Of a stretch of 64,000 nucleotides of DNA, positions 39,284 to 49,548 are shown piece after piece. A program made the position numbers and the translations under genes. The notes below the pieces were generated by a model that was given only the letters and a program-made list of their open reading frames with translations, was not told the DNA's origin and searched no databases. The DNA is taken from NCBI GenBank assembly GCA_000002435.2, contig CM018790.1, one strand, 5' to 3'. Position 1 is the first letter of the stretch; each line of letters begins with the position of its first letter. The DNA is from Giardia intestinalis (lineage: Eukaryota).

Positions 39284-40585
39284 TTATCTAAAGACGATTT
39301 TGACTTCGTTAGACTTACGAGAATAGTGAGTCATCGCCTGCCAGAGAAGAGTCATCCCCAAGGCAGAGAAACTAAAGGTGAAAGATGGCTTAAGAGTGTG
39401 CGTGTTGTAGGAGGCGTCGTCTAAGAACTTAAGCTTCGTGACTAGCGCCCACCAAACAACAAACTCAAAGTAGGCCAGATAGCCAATGGCAAAGACGAAG
39501 ATCAGGAGAATCCAGATGACAAAGCGGCAGAAGACATAGCCTGCAGAGCCCTTTGGATTATAGTGGGGAAGAAGGCGGTGCCACAGCTGACAAATTGCCA
39601 ACAACACATAAGTAAGCACCATCCAGGTTCCGTGGGTTCGCACTGCGTGACCGGTACCGTCGCCGTCATCGAAATCCGGCGCGATTACCTTGCCTTCTAT
39701 ATGTAGTATGATCTCCGTGATGGCGTAGCATATAGCGTACTGGAAAAGCGAGAAGAAAACATAGTAAGGAGAGAGGACCCCGGCCCGATTCCCGGGTGTG
39801 ATATTAGGGCCAAGGTACCGCTTTAGGACCGGAGCTATGAGCGTATATGTCAAGAAGAAGGAGTTGATGAAAGCCTGGAGAATTGCGCCCCACTGATTGT
39901 AGTAGCTCCCGTTGCTTATCACCAGTCCGTGACCTCCCTGAGTGTCGGTCGCAAACACAATCCAGATGATCCACGAGAGCAAGTATCGGAGCGTTGCTTT
40001 ATGTGCAGGATCAGTCGTAACACCAAACAGGTTTCCAGAAAACACAGATCCGTCCATGGTAATGGTTAGAAAGTAGGCCACTTCATGCCACGACACAAGA
40101 CCATGGGACACCTTATACTGTCCGGTGAAAAAGTAAATGAGATAGAACTCCAGGTACGTCCCCACGACAGCCATGAGCATGATAACAGGAGTAAACACTG
40201 CTATGAGGGCCGGCGTGCCCCACTTGAGCCTAATGAGCGCGTTCTTGAACTTCGCATTGTCCATGTAGTGGTGAAGTAAAACGTACGCTACAGCCATCCA
40301 CCCGGTCATCAGGGTACCGATGTCTGCAAAACGATGACTGTCCAGTCCCGACATGAGGTAGCAAAACGGCAGCAGGATAAAGGGGGAAATAAGAATCATC
40401 ACGGTGTCAAAGAGGAACCACAGCACAGTCTTCCAAACAGGCGGTGGAAGCCACGGAAGATCCTCCTCAGGTTTCACGGAATAGCTCACGTGTCTCGTGT
40501 GACGGTCTGTTGTTTCCTCCCCAATTTGCGACATTTCATGTAGATATGAACTGTCGGCAAGGCTTCTCGGTGTATCCGTTGGCAT
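39284..40585 (-). CDS. Hypothetical multipass membrane protein (~433 aa)
   Basis: The track ORF starts at GTG (40600); the first ATG is at 40585 (MPTDTPRS...). About 10 hydrophobic segments are present. Confidence 0.6.
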   Translation of the reverse strand: MPTDTPRSLADSSYLHEMSQIGEETTDRHTRHVSYSVKPEEDLPWLPPPVWKTVLWFLFDTVMILISPFILLPFCYLMSGLDSHRFADIGTLMTGWMAVAYVLLHHYMDNAKFKNALIRLKWGTPALIAVFTPVIMLMAVVGTYLEFYLIYFFTGQYKVSHGLVSWHEVAYFLTITMDGSVFSGNLFGVTTDPAHKATLRYLLSWIIWIVFATDTQGGHGLVISNGSYYNQWGAILQAFINSFFLTYTLIAPVLKRYLGPNITPGNRAGVLSPYYVFFSLFQYAICYAITEIILHIEGKVIAPDFDDGDGTGHAVRTHGTWMVLTYVLLAICQLWHRLLPHYNPKGSAGYVFCRFVIWILLIFVFAIGYLAYFEFVVWWALVTKLKFLDDASYNTHTLKPSFTFSFSALGMTLLWQAMTHYSRKSNEVKIVFR

Positions 40586-40716
40586 TGCAAACTTTAGCAC
40601 GTGGCTATTTTTTGATGTGTCAGCACGTGACTTATATTTTTAAATGCTACACTTATATCTTGCCTCCTAGGGTTTGCGCAACAAGAAACGTGAAGAGCCT
40701 GAAACAGTTCGGCCAT

Positions 40717-41628
40717 TTAAAATACATTCTCATTACTTTGGGAGCCTTCAAGGAGCTCGTTGACCTCTTCCGCATTGGCGTCTTTTTCCTCCGACTTCTT
40801 GAGGTTGGGACGCCTACTCTGGCACGTTAGCCTGCATCCCTCTTGGTTTGTCACAGTAAATACGTATAGTAAGGTATGCGCGACTAAAATAGTTGGCACA
40901 TGGACATAGCAGATTGACAGAAGGTCGGAATAAGGAACGTTGATGCGGATCCCGTCGATGATAATGAGCGCGAACAGGACTGACCCAGCAATGGCTGCGC
41001 TGAGTATGTAAAGGATCGCTATTAGGCTCGGCCTTCCAGAGTAAAGGATTGGGGGCCCTATTATCATGACAAAGGCGGCAGTCAGCCCGAGCACAAGAGC
41101 GTGAATTCCCATATAGCACCCCACGCCCCACAACACATTCCTAAGGGATCCTGGAGAAAGGAGGAAGCTCACTGTCCATACATGCATCAGATATGCAGGG
41201 ATATAAACGGGGAGGCCCAGGCCCAAAAGGATCCTGTACGCCACCTCGAAACGCTGAGAACGCAGATGCTTGTTATTCGCAGCGCACTTGCAGGCCAAGG
41301 CGCACTTGATGATGCTTATAAGTATAAGGGCAAAAAGAAATAGAAGGAACACGCCCAGCATCGAAGCTATTCCGAGAATCGCTGGCAAATTGACATCGTA
41401 CCTATCCTCAATGTCCTCAATGATATCCTGGAGAGAACCTAAGGGGGCAGAGGCAGACCACTGCTTGCCATGGCGCGTCTGATCTGGCACAGCCTTTTCC
41501 TTCGCTATCTCAAAGTCCTTGTAGGGGATAAAACCTATGCATAGCGCGACACCAAGCACTGCCCCAAACGAAGAGTAAAGAAGAATAGCTGCCTTGTGCT
41601 TCCAGCGTGAACCTTGCGAAGCAGACAT
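40717..41628 (-). CDS. Hypothetical membrane protein (303 aa)
   Basis: ATG start. Several TM segments (LGVALCIGFIPY..., ILGIASMLGVFLLFLFALILISII..., VLGLTAAFVMIIGPPILY..., AIAGSVLFALIIIDGI...). Confidence 0.6.
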   Translation of the reverse strand: MSASQGSRWKHKAAILLYSSFGAVLGVALCIGFIPYKDFEIAKEKAVPDQTRHGKQWSASAPLGSLQDIIEDIEDRYDVNLPAILGIASMLGVFLLFLFALILISIIKCALACKCAANNKHLRSQRFEVAYRILLGLGLPVYIPAYLMHVWTVSFLLSPGSLRNVLWGVGCYMGIHALVLGLTAAFVMIIGPPILYSGRPSLIAILYILSAAIAGSVLFALIIIDGIRINVPYSDLLSICYVHVPTILVAHTLLYVFTVTNQEGCRLTCQSRRPNLKKSEEKDANAEEVNELLEGSQSNENVF

Positions 41629-41751
41629 AGCAAAAACCCTTTATTATATTTCCTTCATTAGGCCAACACATTAATAGCAAGGTTAATAGAAACACAAAGA
41701 TTGAGCTATCTCGGCCCTATGAACCAGGTATAAAATTATCTTTGGATTCGT

Positions 41752-42558
41752 ATGGAGTTCACGTGCCTGTTTGGTGACCTCCTAAGACATGAGGAGCAAG
41801 CTTCGCTTCCGTCCGTTCATCCTGTGCCTGACGGTATTGTTTTTTCTTCCCGTATGGACAATTCCCTGCGCAGGGGTGCAGTTTTGGACACCCACGAGCA
41901 GGCAAAGAAGGCATCAAATTTGGTCATTAAACTTGAGGCCCGATGCGGTGGCACCCGTGCAGGGAAACAGTTTAACAGTGCTGTAACCGAGCAGCTCATT
42001 GCAGAGGCAAAGAAGGAGATTTCACAAATTAATCTATCGCGACTCAAAGATGCTCCCCAGCACTACTACTCAGGGGTATTGAGTCTACTTAATCAGCGTC
42101 TTCAGACAGCAGTAGCCAAATACATGATGCGAACTGCTGAGCGGTCCACATCAGCACTGCCCCCAGCGGCTCGTATGACCCTGACTAACGTTAGCGGTTC
42201 TCCCTCCTCGATCAATGTGTCACGAGCACACCCTGAGGGGCTAATGATGGAACAAACTCTTTATCCCAGCCTCACCTTAATCGACCATTCACAGCAGGCA
42301 AGCGCTCAAAGCGTCACTCAAACACTTCATGAGGTTCAACAAATTTACAAGCACATTGCTGCAACAGTTCAACACGATGGGGAGCGCATCTTTGGTCTTC
42401 ATGAAACGATTGATAATTCGGCGGGGTTTATGGATAGGGCGAATGGGTACGTGCAGAAGACATATGCCTTGTCCCGACGTTACCACAATTGCATAGTGTT
42501 GGTTTTGCTAATCATCCTTGCGTGGATTATCATCCGCGGGGCAATAAGGCGGATCTAG
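41752..42558 (+). CDS. Syntaxin-like Qa-SNARE with C-terminal membrane anchor
   Basis: The SNARE heptad region with a zero-layer Gln (LHEVQQIYKHIAATVQHDGERIFGLHETIDNSAGFMDRANGYVQKT) is followed by the TM helix CIVLVLLIILAWIIIRG at the C-terminus. Confidence 0.7.
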   Translation: MEFTCLFGDLLRHEEQASLPSVHPVPDGIVFSSRMDNSLRRGAVLDTHEQAKKASNLVIKLEARCGGTRAGKQFNSAVTEQLIAEAKKEISQINLSRLKDAPQHYYSGVLSLLNQRLQTAVAKYMMRTAERSTSALPPAARMTLTNVSGSPSSINVSRAHPEGLMMEQTLYPSLTLIDHSQQASAQSVTQTLHEVQQIYKHIAATVQHDGERIFGLHETIDNSAGFMDRANGYVQKTYALSRRYHNCIVLVLLIILAWIIIRGAIRRI

Positions 42559-42618
42559 TGTGCTCCATCGCGGCTGTACTCTTTACTTGGCTCAACGCTT
42601 TCAATTCGTAAAAAAAGA

Positions 42619-45600
42619 ATGGAGCATGCACAATCAAATCCCACTGCATCGGCGCCTTTGCTGGATGTCAGTTATGAGTTTACACACGCAGATGTGCTAA
42701 GCTGCTTAGAAGACACAAACTCCCCCGTTCCAGAGTTTTCAACCAAGACCCAGTACACATCGTTCCGTGATGCGTTGGCAGGTATTTTTAGCAACTTTAG
42801 CATAGAAATTTATACAGAGGTATCTAATCACTTTGGATTTGAGGGCGTCTCTGATTACGATCTGACGTCTGTGGCAAACTCTGAATGTCATCTCTCCGTC
42901 ATTCAGCCACAGGCTCCATCGCCCTCTTTCCTGAAAGACGCCACACAGTCGGGAAACTTTCCCGGTGTGGTGGAGCTTTTGAAAATGAGCCTCCGAGTCT
43001 ACGTCGATGAAATAGAAGGAGTCATCAAGGGAGCCTGCATGATCTCTGATAGCGACCCTTTACTCATCAGTCAATCGTTTGCAGTCCTGCTGGCAGTGTG
43101 GAACGATCTGCGCACTAAACTGGCTAACACAAGCACGCTTTTCGCCGGATACGGGCTCCCCCTTAACACGGTGAGGGATACCTTTATCGATGCACTTACT
43201 ACTGACCTCATTAATGAAGAGCGTGCAAAGAAGATCATCTCCCTGATCATCAATGGGATATCTACATATCTGCTAGGGAGTGAGCAGCCTCACATTCTTT
43301 CTCTGCGGGCTATGATCAGCTTTGTTGGTGCTGTTCACTCTCAGTATATTGACGAATTGGTGGATAAGCTTATACCATCAGTAGTGGCGATTTTGCGAGG
43401 CAAGTTGAACGGACTTCTCACCAACAAACAGGGCAGCCAAAAGGCATCCTTGGAACTATTGCATAGCATCCAGGCTAGGATTAAACCGGCACTGAGCAGG
43501 GGATTATTGCACAACCTTAGTCTGTCCACGTCTGATTGTTCTTACGATTCAGAAGAAGAGACAGATAGTGAAGGCGGAGATGACCTCCAGGAGGACGACA
43601 CATGCAAGGCACAGCCAGGTGTGCCTTCAGATGGATCTGCTAATGTGACGAATACAGAAATCAGTGTCCCTATTGGTTCAACTGATAACGCGGATGATGC
43701 AAATGACTCTTTGTTGATACGGCATCATGCTCCCGTGATGAATAGTGATATTTGTGTTGCAATCCTCTCTGTAATATCTTCCCTCAACGAGTTCACAGAG
43801 GTATTAGCATACCTGCTTCAAGTGACTTATGTGGAATTGCCAACAAAAGTCACTACGGCCATGCGCTGTATGCAGAGAAATAGCGGACTGTTTATGCCAT
43901 CGCAGGAGTGCCTAAACATTTTAGAGGTACAGTCCAATCTCTCGCACCTCCGCACAAGCCTCCTTTCTGCTGTTTTGAACGATCTGGAGCCGTTGCTGAC
44001 ATCGCCTATCCTATCCTACACTGTAATATTTAACTACTTCAATGGTGGCAAGGGGCTAATCTATCACCTTTACGTTCTAGCGTATGAGGCAGAAGAGCGC
44101 TGCGGGGCTGCTGAGGACAGTCCCCTGTCGCTAATAGATAACTTTATTACGCGATCCCTCGATCTTTCTCTTAAATATGCATACAGAAACCCTGGCACAT
44201 ATTCTTTGTGTATAGATAAATTTCTAGCCAATCCATTTGTAGTAGACCAGTCTTACCTAAAGGGCAATCCTCCAACCTTTCCCGTAGCACAGGTTTTGGC
44301 TGTCAATCTCATTTATCTCAACTCTGTTTCTGAGGACATTCAAGAAACACTCAGGTATCTCCTCTCAAACTCTCTTCTGGTGACTTTACGTAAAATGCAG
44401 AGCAACTTATCGAGTGGGAAGGTGTATGAACTTGAAAACCCCAGTCTAAAAGCCCACGTCTACACTGCCGCGTACGTCGACACCCTTTGCTGCAACTCAA
44501 ATAGCTCTGTTGCATTTGTCTCTGCCGAAGCCATTCTCGTCCTTGTGGATAGCATAATTCGGTTTATCTGCCTGTTAGAGCTAAAGCTGAAGGAGCTAGA
44601 TGAGCTTTTTTGCAACCCAGAGCCTCATGAGCAGATACGGGAATACCTGTCTCTACTGTCTTGTCCCTCTGTTCCTGGCCAACCGCTGGAGGCGCTTTTG
44701 CGGCAGATCTTTTGTCCGAGTAGCAGTTTGCGGCTTCCGCAGCTTCTTCTTTGCGCGCTACTTGCATACTGTGGTCACTCATGTAACTCCTTACTCGCTT
44801 CTAAAAACTCCGAGCCCCAGGGGCCCGTGACAACGGTCGCTGCAGCCCCCATAGGCACCTCTAATGGGATTACCTTTCGAAGTAGCACCAAGATTGCATG
44901 GGAGAAGATGCTTATTCACAAAGCTCCACCGCGGAAGCAACCTCTGTTCCATAACCTCCTTGATATTGCTGAGATGATGGGTAGGTTTTCGTGGCCTATT
45001 CTGAGCAGCTGTATGGGCTTTCTTCGGAAGAATGATGGAAGCTTGGCAGCTATAGTTTCGCGAATGATCAATCTGTCTCTGAATAGGTTCCTCTGCTTTT
45101 CTACGTCTCATGCCCTTCTTATTCTGGAGCAAGAATCATATCTAGAGTTTCGATCGTCTATACCTTCAGATGATATCTCAGACATTTGCCACAAATATCT
45201 CAATAATATTACCAGCGCATCGAGTGTTGCGCATGCTGCGAAAAACATGACAATGAGCGACACCAACTACATATTGATCAACGCTGCCTTTCAGTCTTTT
45301 CTGGATGAAACATTTATACACGTTAGCGCCGCCAGGAAAACGCCTATGCTGACAACTGATATCCAAAAGATGCTTATGGCGTTTGTGTCCGGCCACGTCA
45401 GGGTTATTTCTCCCTTGCTGAAGAGCACCCTTGAAGCAAGCGACGTGCCCCCTCTTCATGTTCTGTCCTTGTCTGGCAGCATAATCATATGCACGCGCGA
45501 AGTGGCTGACACTCTTGATTTTGTTCTTCAGAGAACACGTGTTTTCCCCGCAGACTTGGCTACCGTCCTTGGAGAAGTGTTCTCCTCTGTCTACCCACAG

Positions 45601-46164
45601 ATGATTCGCGACGGTCTTCTGGCGATGGACTCCAAGGGGTACTTGACAGTTCACTCCAGTCTGGCTAAGACGAAAAGTGCGAAGGAGCAGCTTAAAGACC
45701 TTACCAGGCAGGACCCCATTGCATCCTTTTTTAACAGAGAGCGCTGTGACTACTTCTGCTTCTCCTACGCCAATGAAGGGCCACATTACAAGCACCTCGA
45801 TTGCTACACATGGTATCACTCGTTAGATTCTGTAAGGTGCTTGCCGAGCAAGCAGGAGGTGTCTGCTGCTGACGGACAATCTGACGCGATCACAGATGCG
45901 GCGCCAACAGTCATTGTGCCACAGTCGGCTCCTCAGGCCATGGGTAAGGACATCAACACTGTCATCGCTCTTGCCAACGCGTTCATTGTTCGATTGGTCA
46001 AGACATGCGGGCCACTTAGCAGGCGGGAAATTATCGATCGCTGTGTCGAAGAGGTCAGCGGGACGTCCAACGAAACAGCCAAGTCTTCGCTGGATAATTT
46101 AATTGACATGGACTACCTCAGCTACGTGGACGGTGACTCGTCGCTCCTTGCGTATGTGATGTAG
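42619..46164 (+). CDS. Large hypothetical protein (1181 aa)
   Basis: ATG in the A-rich context gtaaaaaaagaATG. Uninterrupted 3.5-kb ORF. Convergent with the TTLL gene, with 20 bp between stops. Confidence 0.7.
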   Translation: MEHAQSNPTASAPLLDVSYEFTHADVLSCLEDTNSPVPEFSTKTQYTSFRDALAGIFSNFSIEIYTEVSNHFGFEGVSDYDLTSVANSECHLSVIQPQAPSPSFLKDATQSGNFPGVVELLKMSLRVYVDEIEGVIKGACMISDSDPLLISQSFAVLLAVWNDLRTKLANTSTLFAGYGLPLNTVRDTFIDALTTDLINEERAKKIISLIINGISTYLLGSEQPHILSLRAMISFVGAVHSQYIDELVDKLIPSVVAILRGKLNGLLTNKQGSQKASLELLHSIQARIKPALSRGLLHNLSLSTSDCSYDSEEETDSEGGDDLQEDDTCKAQPGVPSDGSANVTNTEISVPIGSTDNADDANDSLLIRHHAPVMNSDICVAILSVISSLNEFTEVLAYLLQVTYVELPTKVTTAMRCMQRNSGLFMPSQECLNILEVQSNLSHLRTSLLSAVLNDLEPLLTSPILSYTVIFNYFNGGKGLIYHLYVLAYEAEERCGAAEDSPLSLIDNFITRSLDLSLKYAYRNPGTYSLCIDKFLANPFVVDQSYLKGNPPTFPVAQVLAVNLIYLNSVSEDIQETLRYLLSNSLLVTLRKMQSNLSSGKVYELENPSLKAHVYTAAYVDTLCCNSNSSVAFVSAEAILVLVDSIIRFICLLELKLKELDELFCNPEPHEQIREYLSLLSCPSVPGQPLEALLRQIFCPSSSLRLPQLLLCALLAYCGHSCNSLLASKNSEPQGPVTTVAAAPIGTSNGITFRSSTKIAWEKMLIHKAPPRKQPLFHNLLDIAEMMGRFSWPILSSCMGFLRKNDGSLAAIVSRMINLSLNRFLCFSTSHALLILEQESYLEFRSSIPSDDISDICHKYLNNITSASSVAHAAKNMTMSDTNYILINAAFQSFLDETFIHVSAARKTPMLTTDIQKMLMAFVSGHVRVISPLLKSTLEASDVPPLHVLSLSGSIIICTREVADTLDFVLQRTRVFPADLATVLGEVFSSVYPQMIRDGLLAMDSKGYLTVHSSLAKTKSAKEQLKDLTRQDPIASFFNRERCDYFCFSYANEGPHYKHLDCYTWYHSLDSVRCLPSKQEVSAADGQSDAITDAAPTVIVPQSAPQAMGKDINTVIALANAFIVRLVKTCGPLSRREIIDRCVEEVSGTSNETAKSSLDNLIDMDYLSYVDGDSSLLAYVM

Positions 46165-46184
46165 ATCGTGACATCGGTACAAGC

Positions 46185-49100
46185 TCATTGCGCCTCTCCC
46201 TTATCTTGCGGAGGATCGCGCACAATGACTCCTGGAATGGATATCTCCTTCCCAAATGCTGTGATATCTGCAGAGTACTGACTAAGCTTCTGCTTTTCAC
46301 AATAGATGAGTTTCCAGTCTTCGAGAGCAGATGCGCCATTGCCAGAGCCGAAGACAGCACTTGCGTTGCTGATCTTTGGCATGACAATCTTCTTCTTTGT
46401 CTTTATCTTTGTTCCAAGACAACTATCAACAATTATATTAACAAGCCCACGAGACATCTTATCGATAAGCTTTGTTACCACCTCTGTACTGTGTTCTAGG
46501 GTTGGCGATGCATTAATTTCTACCAGCCATACCTGCAGGGCGCTGTCAATGATGAAGTCATACCCAAGCAGTTCAAAGTTGTTATCCGCTGAGGTGAGCT
46601 CGAATCGTGCCGCCTGCACGGTGGTTATTATTATTCGCGCCATGTCGTAGAGAATGCGGTCAGCTATTGTGTTGAACACGGCCTTGTCAGTGTACTGCGA
46701 GTGCTTGTAATCCTCCGCTTTGATGCGCGATTGGTTGCCGTAGAGGTCAGGTCCGTAGAGCTTGGCGTGCTCGCTGGTCTCATACTTCTGCTTATATGGA
46801 CGTGATTTAGCTTTTCTTTTGTCCGTCTCCACAGTCTCTGCATCCTCATCGTTATTTTTATTTTTATTTTCTGTTACTATTAATTTGGATTGGGATTTAG
46901 ATTGGTATCTGGATTTAGATTGATTTTGCGCACGCAAAATATCTACCATTTCGGTACCCTCTGTGCTTGTTGGTGGTGCTCTTATCTTAAAGTCTTCTGT
47001 TTGATGGTAACAGAAATACTGAGGATCCCTTTCTAGGAGGAGGTCCAACCATGGCTTGTCACCAATCATTTTATCCAGATAGTCGGAAAAACTCGTCCAG
47101 TCCCACATGTTTCCCTTACCGAGGAACTCGTCGTCCTTACCAAACTGCTCCGAGCACTTTTGAACGCTGTTGTTGCTGAGGTGGATATACGGGTTCTTCA
47201 AATCGTGTTCATCTAAGCTGTACTTTGACGAGCAAAACCTTAAGTACGGGCTCGTCCACTGAAATATTATCAGCGGGTTGATAGAGCTGACGAACACCCA
47301 CTGACGGATGTCAAACTTGTACCCGCCCAGTAGAAGGGGTGTTTCCAAGTACCGCTGTATTATGTAACGATCAGAGCTGTTGACAGCCGCTTCGTCTGGA
47401 AGCTCAAACTCACTGTCTGTTCCGCCGTGCTCGTCCAGGACTAAGAGCTTGAGGATGTCGTTAGAGCAGAAGATACCGCGACCCCTTGACTTTGCCCCAG
47501 GCTTTCCGATAAAGATATTCTGCATGGAGCTTCTGATCGACACTTGAGGTGCGTGCTGCAGATACACTCCAAGCGCGCGCACCATGTGGTGGTATTCCTG
47601 GGCAGTTGCCGCATTAGCATGTATTTCGTCAGTAGCTGCAGAATATGGATGGCTGAACTGTTCCTTTCTCCGCGAACTGAAGGAATCTGGAGCAGGAGCA
47701 GCGATGGATTCTGAGCCATTAGCAACAGGACCTGCAGTGGTAGCGGGAAACAGTGTTCCCGGTCTGGGTCTACCTTTGGGCCCAGACCCTGCTTCTCCAT
47801 CGGAGGAAAACAAGCTCTGAGGAGATATGGCGCCATAGAAGTCCGGAAGCTTGTACTGACGCGGCAGCCTGGGGAGTATAATGCCCATTTCATACTGCGT
47901 TACGGGAGGCACAACAAAGCGCGTCTTCTTATCCAACTCTAAGTCATGGTGAAGAATGGTAGACGTCAGATACAAGAGGTGTCTATAGGAGATCTGTAGC
48001 TGGTGTATACTGTACTTAAAGCAACTAGAAGGGGTTAGTTCTGTTCGCTCGTTTGTTTCGGCAGTGGAGCTCTCCCAGTCGATCATGGAATCACAGATCT
48101 TGGGGTCGCGCACCCAGTTGAAGCAAATCTTTACTACCTCAGTATTCAGAAAGTCCTCGAGGAAGTCTAGCGTCTCATCATTGGCGCTCATTAATTGCAA
48201 TTGCGCTTGGCTATTGGCGTCGGATGCATTGACTACCCGATACGATTGTGGGAAGAACCTGGTTATGTCTATATCAAAGTTGTTAGGGGACAGGGTCTTG
48301 GTCAGGCCGCTCTTCGTGGTTAGCACTTGTGAGTTAGTGAAATGGTTTGTGTACTGCCACGGATGCAACCTTGTGCGATCAATATCTGCTACTTTAATGG
48401 CAAACTTGATATTAAAGTCTGTTGGGGTGTCCTTGTCGGGGTTAACTACCCAGCCTTTGTCTAGAAAGTATTTTTTGAAGTCCACGTATCCTCCCTTGAA
48501 GATAACGATGTTCCGGGGGTGACTGGGGCCTGACGAATCGCTCGCCAGGCGGACCGTAATGTATGATAGCCTCTTTTCAAACTGCTTGAGAGTGGAGATG
48601 ACAAGGGATCCATACCGGGCCATAATAGCATTATCAGTGCTAGGCACCATAAACATGCTGAAAGAATGCTGTGCCCGTACTGTTTTGTCGGCCTTGCTCC
48701 CTGTTTCTTGTGAATTTGAGGACTTCGATGGTTTTGAGGACTTCAGTGGGTTTTTAAGCAATGGAAGATCGGGAATCTCGGCAGTGCTGCTTGTTAAGGA
48801 GGTTGGAGGGTCTTCATCAGACGTATCGTCGTATCCGTCCTCCAAGGAAATAGAAACCTTCTGAGTACAACGAATTCGCTTAACAATCGATGCATTTATC
48901 AGTCTAGCTTTTATTAGGGGATCAGTGGCCTTTGGAGCTGGATCCAGAGCCATAAAGTTTCTGGTGTAGTGTACAACAGAGCTCAATCCATAGACATACT
49001 CTCCAAAGAAAGGAACGGTACTTTCTAAGACAGGAAGAAGCTTCTGAAGCTTTGGAGAAGGTGCTTGTTTAAGCTCCTGCCCTACAGGCTTCACAATCAT

Positions 49101-49412
49101 AGGTGATCGAGAGATTGACGGTATTTCCCTGTTGGCCGCAGCCTGAGTCATGTGTGCTGCTCCATCAGCTCTTGGCCTGGAAGGCTGCAAGCGCACACTG
49201 CTCACTATCATGGAACCTGGTAGGGACGGCGAGGCCCGCAATTTGGTGCCAGACGTTGCTCGCCGCTTCTTTTTCTGCTTGTGTGGCTTGCCATGTGTTC
49301 TTGCTGTCGTATTACTGCGTCCAGGAGGAGAAGACGACCTACTACTCATCAAAACCGGAAATAATGTGATAAAGGCAGGAAGAAATTTATCACAAACGCC
49401 ATCAGCTCCCAT
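46185..49412 (-). CDS. Tubulin tyrosine ligase-like (TTLL) family protein, second copy in the window
   Basis: 1075 aa. TTL-domain motifs are present: YIIQRYLETPLLLGGYKFDIRQWVFVSSINPLIIFQWTSPYLRFCSSKYSL...NFELLGYDFIIDSALQVWLVEINASPTLEHSTEVVTKLIDKM. ATG confirmed at 49410..49412. Confidence 0.85.
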   Translation of the reverse strand: MGADGVCDKFLPAFITLFPVLMSSRSSSPPGRSNTTARTHGKPHKQKKKRRATSGTKLRASPSLPGSMIVSSVRLQPSRPRADGAAHMTQAAANREIPSISRSPMIVKPVGQELKQAPSPKLQKLLPVLESTVPFFGEYVYGLSSVVHYTRNFMALDPAPKATDPLIKARLINASIVKRIRCTQKVSISLEDGYDDTSDEDPPTSLTSSTAEIPDLPLLKNPLKSSKPSKSSNSQETGSKADKTVRAQHSFSMFMVPSTDNAIMARYGSLVISTLKQFEKRLSYITVRLASDSSGPSHPRNIVIFKGGYVDFKKYFLDKGWVVNPDKDTPTDFNIKFAIKVADIDRTRLHPWQYTNHFTNSQVLTTKSGLTKTLSPNNFDIDITRFFPQSYRVVNASDANSQAQLQLMSANDETLDFLEDFLNTEVVKICFNWVRDPKICDSMIDWESSTAETNERTELTPSSCFKYSIHQLQISYRHLLYLTSTILHHDLELDKKTRFVVPPVTQYEMGIILPRLPRQYKLPDFYGAISPQSLFSSDGEAGSGPKGRPRPGTLFPATTAGPVANGSESIAAPAPDSFSSRRKEQFSHPYSAATDEIHANAATAQEYHHMVRALGVYLQHAPQVSIRSSMQNIFIGKPGAKSRGRGIFCSNDILKLLVLDEHGGTDSEFELPDEAAVNSSDRYIIQRYLETPLLLGGYKFDIRQWVFVSSINPLIIFQWTSPYLRFCSSKYSLDEHDLKNPYIHLSNNSVQKCSEQFGKDDEFLGKGNMWDWTSFSDYLDKMIGDKPWLDLLLERDPQYFCYHQTEDFKIRAPPTSTEGTEMVDILRAQNQSKSRYQSKSQSKLIVTENKNKNNDEDAETVETDKRKAKSRPYKQKYETSEHAKLYGPDLYGNQSRIKAEDYKHSQYTDKAVFNTIADRILYDMARIIITTVQAARFELTSADNNFELLGYDFIIDSALQVWLVEINASPTLEHSTEVVTKLIDKMSRGLVNIIVDSCLGTKIKTKKKIVMPKISNASAVFGSGNGASALEDWKLIYCEKQKLSQYSADITAFGKEISIPGVIVRDPPQDKGEAQ

Positions 49413-49548
49413 GGTGGGATCGGCGTATGCACGCTAGTGGGACCATTATGGACCACTATGCACATAGATAACGATTCCAGTTAACGACTCGCATCCCTTT
49501 CTCTTTCCAATAACAATTCTCCGGCATCTCAAAGGTTAAAAAGGCACT